Assembly (NCBI GenBank): GCA_963724765.1
Contig: CAVRVY010000002.1
Span: 1 to 64,000, forward strand
Direction: 5' to 3'
Length of the DNA stretch: 64,000 nucleotides
From: an uncultured delta proteobacterium
Lineage (GTDB): Bacteria; Desulfobacterota; Binatia; Binatales; Binataceae
In this document: one piece after another, positions 58,607-64,000 of the stretch
How the letters are laid out: each line of letters opens with the position of its first letter
Numbering within the stretch: the stretch's first letter is position 1
The notes under the pieces: model-generated
Told to the model about the DNA's origin: nothing
The model's database searches: none
What the model saw: only the letters and a program-made list of their open reading frames with translations
Program-made: the position numbers and the translations under genes

Positions 58607-58729
58607 GCAGAGGCAGCATTGATGTTTGCTCGGCCGCAGTCAAGCTGACGCTGGCGGCGGGCTCGCGGCGTTGCCCGGCGTCGTGCGGGTCTGATAGCTT
58701 CCGGCCACAGGCACCGGAAGAGGGTATCG

Positions 58730-60061
58730 ATGGCTTCCGCAGTAAAGACGGCTTTTAACTGGCGCGAGCAGTTGGGAGCCAAGCTGGTGACGCCCGAAGA
58801 GGCGGTTGCGCATGTTAAGTCGGGCGATCGGATCACCGCCTCGATTGCGCATGTAACGCCCTTCACTCTGTTCCACGCGCTGGCCGCCCGCCTGATGGAA
58901 ATCGAGCGGGTGGTCATCAGCTATAGCGCGGCGCTGTTCGCTTTCGACCTGCCGGGCGTGGGCGAGCGCTTTCGGCTGGAGTCGTTTTATCTATCGCCGG
59001 TGGATCGCCAGCTTTTCCGCGACGGGATGGGCGAGTTCGTGCCGGTCAGTTACTACCGCGCCGGCCACCTGCCGCCGGGATTCGACGACTTCAACGTCTT
59101 TCTAATGACCGTCTCGCCGCCAGACGCGAGCGGCGAGGTCAATTTCGGCGATTTTCAGATCATGTCGAAGCTGTGCGCGCGCAACGCCGACTTGGTGATA
59201 GCGGAGATCGACCCGCACTCCATTCGCATCTGTGGCGACAACTCGATGCACATCTCGGAGATCGACTACTTCGTCGAGCGCACGGTTGGGATGCCCGAGA
59301 TCACGGCCCCGCCGGCCTCCGAAGAGGAGCGCCAAACTGTCGATACGATCGGCGCGCTGGTCGCGAAGGAGCTGATTCCCGATCGCGCCACGATCCAGAT
59401 CGGCGTTGGCTCGACCTCCGGGATGCTGATGTCGCATCTGCGCCGCCATCACGACCTCGGGATGCAGACCGAGATCATCCCCGTCGGTAGCACTGAGCTG
59501 GTGCGCGAAGGCGTGCTGACCGGGAAGCACAAGAAGATTTTTCCGGGCCTGGTGGTCGGCAGCGGCTTCGCAACCGGCACGCCGCGCGAGCAGTTGGAAT
59601 ACGCCGACGGCAATCCGGTCTTTCAGCTCTACGACTTCAACTTCACCGACGACATCCGCACCATCGCGCGCGAGGACGGCCTGATCTCGGTCAACAACGC
59701 ACTGTGCGTTGACCTCACCGGGCAGGTCGGTTCCGAGTCGGTGGGCCATCAGATGTACACCGGCACGGGCGGGCAGATAGCTTTCGGCGTCGGCGCCTCG
59801 CTGGCCGGCGGCAAATCGATCATCGTACTGCCCGCAAGCGCACTCAGCGCCGGCAAACGCGTCTCGCGGATCACCCCGAGCCTCCCGCCGGCGACGGTCT
59901 TTACCCTGCCGCGCGCCTTTGTCCACTACGTGGTGACCGAGTATGGAGTGGCGAAGCTCGCAGGCAAGTCGCTACGCGAGCGCGCGCGCGAACTTGTGGC
60001 CGTCGCGCATCCCGACTTCCGCGGCGAATTGACCGCCGAGGCGCGCAGGATGTACGCGTGA
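58730..60061 (+). CDS. Acetyl-CoA hydrolase / 4-hydroxybutyrate CoA-transferase family protein
   Basis: TPEEAVAHVKSGD, VSPPD, VIAEI, TIQIGVG, LGMQTE, NNALCVDLTGQVGSES, GTGGQ, VVTEYGVA.L.GKSLRERA..AHPDFR. Confidence 0.9.
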   Translation: MASAVKTAFNWREQLGAKLVTPEEAVAHVKSGDRITASIAHVTPFTLFHALAARLMEIERVVISYSAALFAFDLPGVGERFRLESFYLSPVDRQLFRDGMGEFVPVSYYRAGHLPPGFDDFNVFLMTVSPPDASGEVNFGDFQIMSKLCARNADLVIAEIDPHSIRICGDNSMHISEIDYFVERTVGMPEITAPPASEEERQTVDTIGALVAKELIPDRATIQIGVGSTSGMLMSHLRRHHDLGMQTEIIPVGSTELVREGVLTGKHKKIFPGLVVGSGFATGTPREQLEYADGNPVFQLYDFNFTDDIRTIAREDGLISVNNALCVDLTGQVGSESVGHQMYTGTGGQIAFGVGASLAGGKSIIVLPASALSAGKRVSRITPSLPPATVFTLPRAFVHYVVTEYGVAKLAGKSLRERARELVAVAHPDFRGELTAEARRMYA

Positions 60062-60107
60062 CGCAGGGCTGTGCGGCTCAGAACCCGATGCGCGTGACTC
60101 GAACGCG

Positions 60108-60311
60108 CTAGATCGGACGCGGCGTGTAGATTCCCTCGAATCCCGGCGGACGCCATCCGCCGTTTGCGCACACTAGGCAGACATTGAACTGTTTGTACTT
60201 GCCGTTTTCGCGGCCGAGCAGGCTGACCATGCTCTCGGTCGAGACGGCTTTGTTGCAGGCGACACAGGTCGCCGCCAGGGCTTTGTTGTCTTTGGCTTTT
60301 TCGCTGGGCAT
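60108..60311 (-). CDS. Small CxxC..CxxC protein
   Basis: TCVAC..VCLVC..GWRPPGF, 67 aa. Confidence 0.5.
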   Translation of the reverse strand: MPSEKAKDNKALAATCVACNKAVSTESMVSLLGRENGKYKQFNVCLVCANGGWRPPGFEGIYTPRPI

Positions 60312-60371
60312 CGTGGCTAATCGGAGCGGCCTGCGCATGGTTCAGCCGCGGTGCATGATTTCATAGTCCTT

Positions 60372-61527
60372 CTAGTATTGTGTCCCACAAATAACTTTAC
60401 AGGAGTGAGGCCCATCTGCTATGGTCCGGTGGAGGTTGAATGGGATGGGCAGGCCGAATGCAGCCTTGATGATTACTCAGTCGGAGCGGTCGCAACTGCG
60501 CTCGATCGTGCGTTCGCGCAGCCTGCCGCATTCGTTGGTGCGGCGCGCACAGATCGTGCTGCTGTCGGCCGCTGGCGCCGCCAACAGAGAGGTCGCCAGG
60601 CGCTGCGGGGTTAGTGCTCCGGTGGTCAGTCTGTGGCGCCAGCGTTATCAGCAACGCGGCATCGCCGGGCTGCACGCGGAACTTCGTCCGGGCCGACCGC
60701 GCAGCCATAGCGACGAACAGGTAGCGGGCTTGCTGCGCAAGGTACTGCACAGCAAGCCCGCCGTCGCCACCCACTGGAGCGTGCGCAGCGTGGCGGCGCA
60801 TACTGGCATCTCCAAGAGCACGGTCGCGCGCTACTTCGCGCTGTTCGGCCTGCAACCACATCGGAGCAAGAGCTTTAAGCTGTCCACCGACCCGTTCTTC
60901 GTCGAAAAGGTCCGCGACATCGTTGGGCTTTATCTTAATCCGCCGGACAACGCGCTGGTATTGTGCGTGGATGAGAAGAGCCAGGTGCAGGCCTTGGAGC
61001 GCACCCAACCAGTGCTGCCAATGGGGCTCGGTTATGTCGAGGGAGTGACTCACGATTACTATCGTCACGGCACTACCACGCTCTTCGCGGCACTGGACAT
61101 CGTCGACGGCGGGGTCATCTCCCAGTGCAAGCCGCGCCATCGCCACCAGGAATTCCTGAGCTTTTTGAAACATCTCGATGCTAATATGCCGGCCGATCTT
61201 GAACTGCACCTGATCGCCGACAACTACGCGACTCACAAGCATCCCAAAGTCAGAGCGTGGCTCGCCAGCCATCCGCGCTTTCACCTTCACTTCACGCCCA
61301 CCTACTCAAGCTGGCTCAACCAGATCGAGCGCTGGTTCGCGCTTATCACCCAGCAAGCGATTCGCCGCGGCTCGTTCCGCAACGTCCGGGAACTGGTGGG
61401 GAAGATCGACGCCTACGTGGCTCATTACAATGCCCACAAGCGGCCCTTCGTCTGGACTGCCACCGCCGACTCGATATTCAACAAACTCCAGCGCATCTGT
61501 AAACTTATTAATGGGACACAACACTAG
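60372..61527 (+). mobile_element. IS630-family insertion sequence (transposase 60445-61527)
   Basis: Inverted repeats CTAGTATTGTGTCCCA and CTAGTGTTGTGTCCCA with CTAG at both junctions; CVDEKSQ, LIADNYATHK, TPTYSSWLNQIERWF. Confidence 0.95.
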
Positions 61528-61617
61528 TTGCCTTGCTAATATGCCTTGCCAATATACCTTGCCGATGTACCTTGCCGACGCGGCTCGCGCAATGGCGCGA
61601 GCGTTTGCGCGGCCATC

Positions 61618-61953
61618 TCAGCGGCTGGCGGAGCCGATCGCGATCCCGATGATCAGCGCGAACCCGACGATCACGGCAAGCGCGAGCCATCCGCCGACGC
61701 TGTGCGCGCGTTGCTGTTGCTCGGGGCTGATCGGAGTGTCGACGTGCGCCGAATGGACTCCGCTCCGGTAGCCGCTGTGCGAGGTGTAGTAGATTCCCGT
61801 GCCCGGGATGCCGACGGTGCGGCGCACGCCCCGCGGACCCATCGTGAGATGGGCGCCACGCACCCCGACGGTGAGACTTGGCCCCGACTTGGAGAGGTTG
61901 ACCGAGAGGCCCGGGAAGATTCGCAGCCGGCGGTAGAATCGAAAGTTGCCCAT
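61618..61953 (-). CDS. DUF4236-domain protein with a C-terminal TM helix
   Basis: FRFYRRLRIFPGLSVNLSKSGPSLTVG..TVGIPGTGIYY. Confidence 0.85.
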   Translation of the reverse strand: MGNFRFYRRLRIFPGLSVNLSKSGPSLTVGVRGAHLTMGPRGVRRTVGIPGTGIYYTSHSGYRSGVHSAHVDTPISPEQQQRAHSVGGWLALAVIVGFALIIGIAIGSASR

Positions 61954-61992
61954 CGCGTCAGCGCCCGATTATAGACGAGCGCCGTGACTAAT

Positions 61993-62024
61993 GCGCGAGC
62001 TATTGTGCGCGCGAGCTATTGTGC
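61993..62024. repeat. Perfect 16-bp tandem duplication covering the monooxygenase stop codon
   Basis: GCGCGAGCTATTGTGC twice. Confidence 0.9.
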
Positions 62025-63089
62025 GATCGACGCGAGCATCGCCGCCGTCTCGCGCAGCAGTTGCGCGACCAGGTCGGCAGCCGGTATCTCCCGCGCGAGC
62101 GGCGCCGCTTGCCCGGCCCACAAAGAAAGGCAATCGGCGTTGCCCTGCCTGGCCGCCGTGGTGCGCATCGGACGGGTCAGGTTGTTCTGCGCGGGGTAGG
62201 GCAAAAGATGGTCTTCGTGGCCGCGCATTGCCGCTGCAAACTCATTCGTGATCCCGCGTGCGAGCCGGCCGCTGAACGCGCGCGTCAGCGTCGTGCCGTC
62301 GTCGCGGGCCGCGCGAATAGCCGCCTTATGGGCGGCCGGCGCGCCACTCTCCGGACAGGCCAGAAATGCGGTTCCCAGTTGCACGCCGCTTGCGCCGAGC
62401 GCCGCGGCAGCGACGATTCCGCGGCCGTCCATTATTCCACCCGACGCGATCACCGGAACCGAAACCGCGTCGGCCATCTGGGGCACCAGCGCGATCGTTC
62501 CGACCAGGCTGTCCTCGAGCGAGGTGATGAAGGTGCCGCGATGGGCCCCGGCCTCGCTGCCCTGCGCGACAATCGCGTCGACGCCCGCCTGCTCCAGCGC
62601 TCGCGCCTCGGCGACCGTCGTTGCGGTGCCGATCAGCTTGATTCCGCGATCCTTCATCCGCTGCATGATGTCCGCCGCCGGGATGCCGAAGGTGAAGCTG
62701 AACACCTGAACATTCGAGCGGATGACCGCTTCGACCTGCTGCTCGAACGGCGGCAATGAGGCGGCCGGAGCCGCCGGCGGCGGCAGGCCGAGCCGCTCGT
62801 GCCAGGGGGCGATCAGCTTGAGCATTGCCGCCGTGTCGGAAGAGCCGGTGCCGTCGTAGCCGCCCGCGAACAAGTTCACCGCGAATGGTTTATCGGTCCG
62901 TTCGTGGATCTCCGCGATCGCTTTGGCGATATCTTCGGGTGTCAGGTAGCCCGCGCCGAGCGAGCCGAGGCCTCCCGCGTTGGAGACCGCAGCGACCAGC
63001 GCCGGAGTGCTGGTCCCCCCGGCCATCGGCGCGAGAATGATCGCGTTCTCGACACCCATCATGGACGCCAGTTTTCGAAATCGCCGCAT
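62016..63089 (-). CDS. Nitronate monooxygenase family flavoprotein
   Basis: IILAPMAGG, AAVSNAGGLGSLG, PFAVNLF, VAQGSEAGAHRG, PVIASGGIMDGRG, VQLGTAFL, TRAFSGR.ARG, WAGQ. Confidence 0.92.
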   Translation of the reverse strand: MRRFRKLASMMGVENAIILAPMAGGTSTPALVAAVSNAGGLGSLGAGYLTPEDIAKAIAEIHERTDKPFAVNLFAGGYDGTGSSDTAAMLKLIAPWHERLGLPPPAAPAASLPPFEQQVEAVIRSNVQVFSFTFGIPAADIMQRMKDRGIKLIGTATTVAEARALEQAGVDAIVAQGSEAGAHRGTFITSLEDSLVGTIALVPQMADAVSVPVIASGGIMDGRGIVAAAALGASGVQLGTAFLACPESGAPAAHKAAIRAARDDGTTLTRAFSGRLARGITNEFAAAMRGHEDHLLPYPAQNNLTRPMRTTAARQGNADCLSLWAGQAAPLAREIPAADLVAQLLRETAAMLASIAQ

Positions 63090-63144
63090 GACTGCTCTCT
63101 CGTATTGAAGGTTTTGAAAACGCCGCGAACGTTCGACTAACGTA

Positions 63145-63636
63145 TCAAGTATAGCCAGAGCCTCGGCGAGCGCGGAAGAAGTCGCGCAACAGCGCGGCGC
63201 ACTCGGGCTCCATCAGACCGCCGTAGACCTCGATTCGATGGTTGAGGCGGCCATCGCGTCCGATGTCATACACCGATCCGAGCGCTCCTGCCTTTTCGTC
63301 GCGCGCGCCGAAGTAAAGCTCTGCAATTCGTGCGTGAACCATCGCACCGATGCACATCACGCATGGCTCGAGCGTCACGAACAGTGCCGCGCCCTCCAGC
63401 CGGTAGGCGCCGAGCGCGGCGGCGGCCTGGCGAAGCGCCAGCATCTCGGCGTGGGCCGTAGGATCGCTGAGCGCGATCGGGCGGTTGTGCGCCGCCGCGA
63501 CTATCACCTCTTCGACGCCTTCCGCGCGGCGGCTGACAACGAGCGCGCCGACCGGCACCTCGCCCTCGGCGGCGGCGCGTTGGGCCTCGGCAATCGCCTC
63601 GGCCATCAGTGCGATCTGTCGTTCGCGATCGATCAT
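63145..63636 (-). CDS. tadA: tRNA adenosine(34) deaminase
   Basis: GEVPVGA, DPTAHAEM, VTLEPCVMC.GAM.HARI, FFRARR. Confidence 0.95.
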   Translation of the reverse strand: MIDRERQIALMAEAIAEAQRAAAEGEVPVGALVVSRRAEGVEEVIVAAAHNRPIALSDPTAHAEMLALRQAAAALGAYRLEGAALFVTLEPCVMCIGAMVHARIAELYFGARDEKAGALGSVYDIGRDGRLNHRIEVYGGLMEPECAALLRDFFRARRGSGYT

Positions 63637-63750
63637 CTCTGCGGCCTGCTGACAATGCTACATTGACAAGGCGGCGGCGCCCAACCGAGAATCCGCTTCA
63701 GGACCGGGACGAAACGTCGTGGATGGCGCCGAAATGGTTAAAGACAGAAA

Positions 63751-64000
63751 ATGGAAATCGGCGAAATTCTTCCGGAAGAACTGAGCGAGCGGCTCAAGCG
63801 GGGCGAGCGGCCTTTGATTCTTGACGTGCGCGAGCCCGAGGAGATCGCGATCGCGCCATTTCCCGGCGCCACGCATATTCCGATGGGCGAGATTCCTTCC
63901 CGCGTGACCGAACTCGACCCCGACCAGGAGACGGTCGTGGTATGCCATCATGGAGTCCGCAGCGCACAGGTCGCGATGTACCTGGCGCGGCTCGGTTTCG
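63751..64000 (+). CDS. Rhodanese-like domain protein (runs off the window)
   Basis: MEIGEILPEEL..LILDVREPEE..GATHIPMGEI..VVVCHHGVRSAQVA.YL...GF. Confidence 0.88.
   Translation, partial: MEIGEILPEELSERLKRGERPLILDVREPEEIAIAPFPGATHIPMGEIPSRVTELDPDQETVVVCHHGVRSAQVAMYLARLGF

Noticed and set aside
1-64000. Reverse transcriptase, retron, DGR, cas, rRNA or prophage structural genes
   Set aside because: No corresponding motifs were found in the ORF track or by reading the sequence.

Overview
GC-rich bacterial window. The gene repertoire and the small-protein families resemble Candidatus Binatia/Deltaproteobacteria, but that is an impression, not a measured placement. Most of it is a heavily rearranged accessory region ending on the right at an intact tRNA-Ser(CGA) preceded by a DUF2924 + large serine recombinase module. 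Intact modules are: (i) an ATP-dependent hydantoinase (hyuBA) / isochorismatase-family amidase / FAD oxidoreductase operon (10.0-16.0 kb); (ii) ruvAB without an adjacent ruvC; (iii) a complete group 3b [NiFe]-hydrogenase locus (43.0-53.2 kb) in which the maturation endopeptidase is fused to HypF, flanked by a NarL-type regulator, USPs, DUF2934 and a degenerate hemerythrin; (iv) core-like genes right of the tRNA (CoA-transferase, nitronate monooxygenase, tadA, rhodanese). Between these lie complete IS1595 (with passenger genes), IS21 and IS630 elements, many TGT-ended integrase-core IS pieces, IS1 and IS1380 remnants, and numerous gene fragments. A defence-like block (21.9-31.6 kb) holds an operon in which an unknown protein and a trypsin-like protease share an effector-associated-domain-like module upstream of a small membrane protein. 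The same block has a tyrosine recombinase, a HEPN-motif protein, AIPR, and a tandem array of three small secreted proteins with constant termini and unrelated middles. Family names come from motif recognition only; no database search was run.
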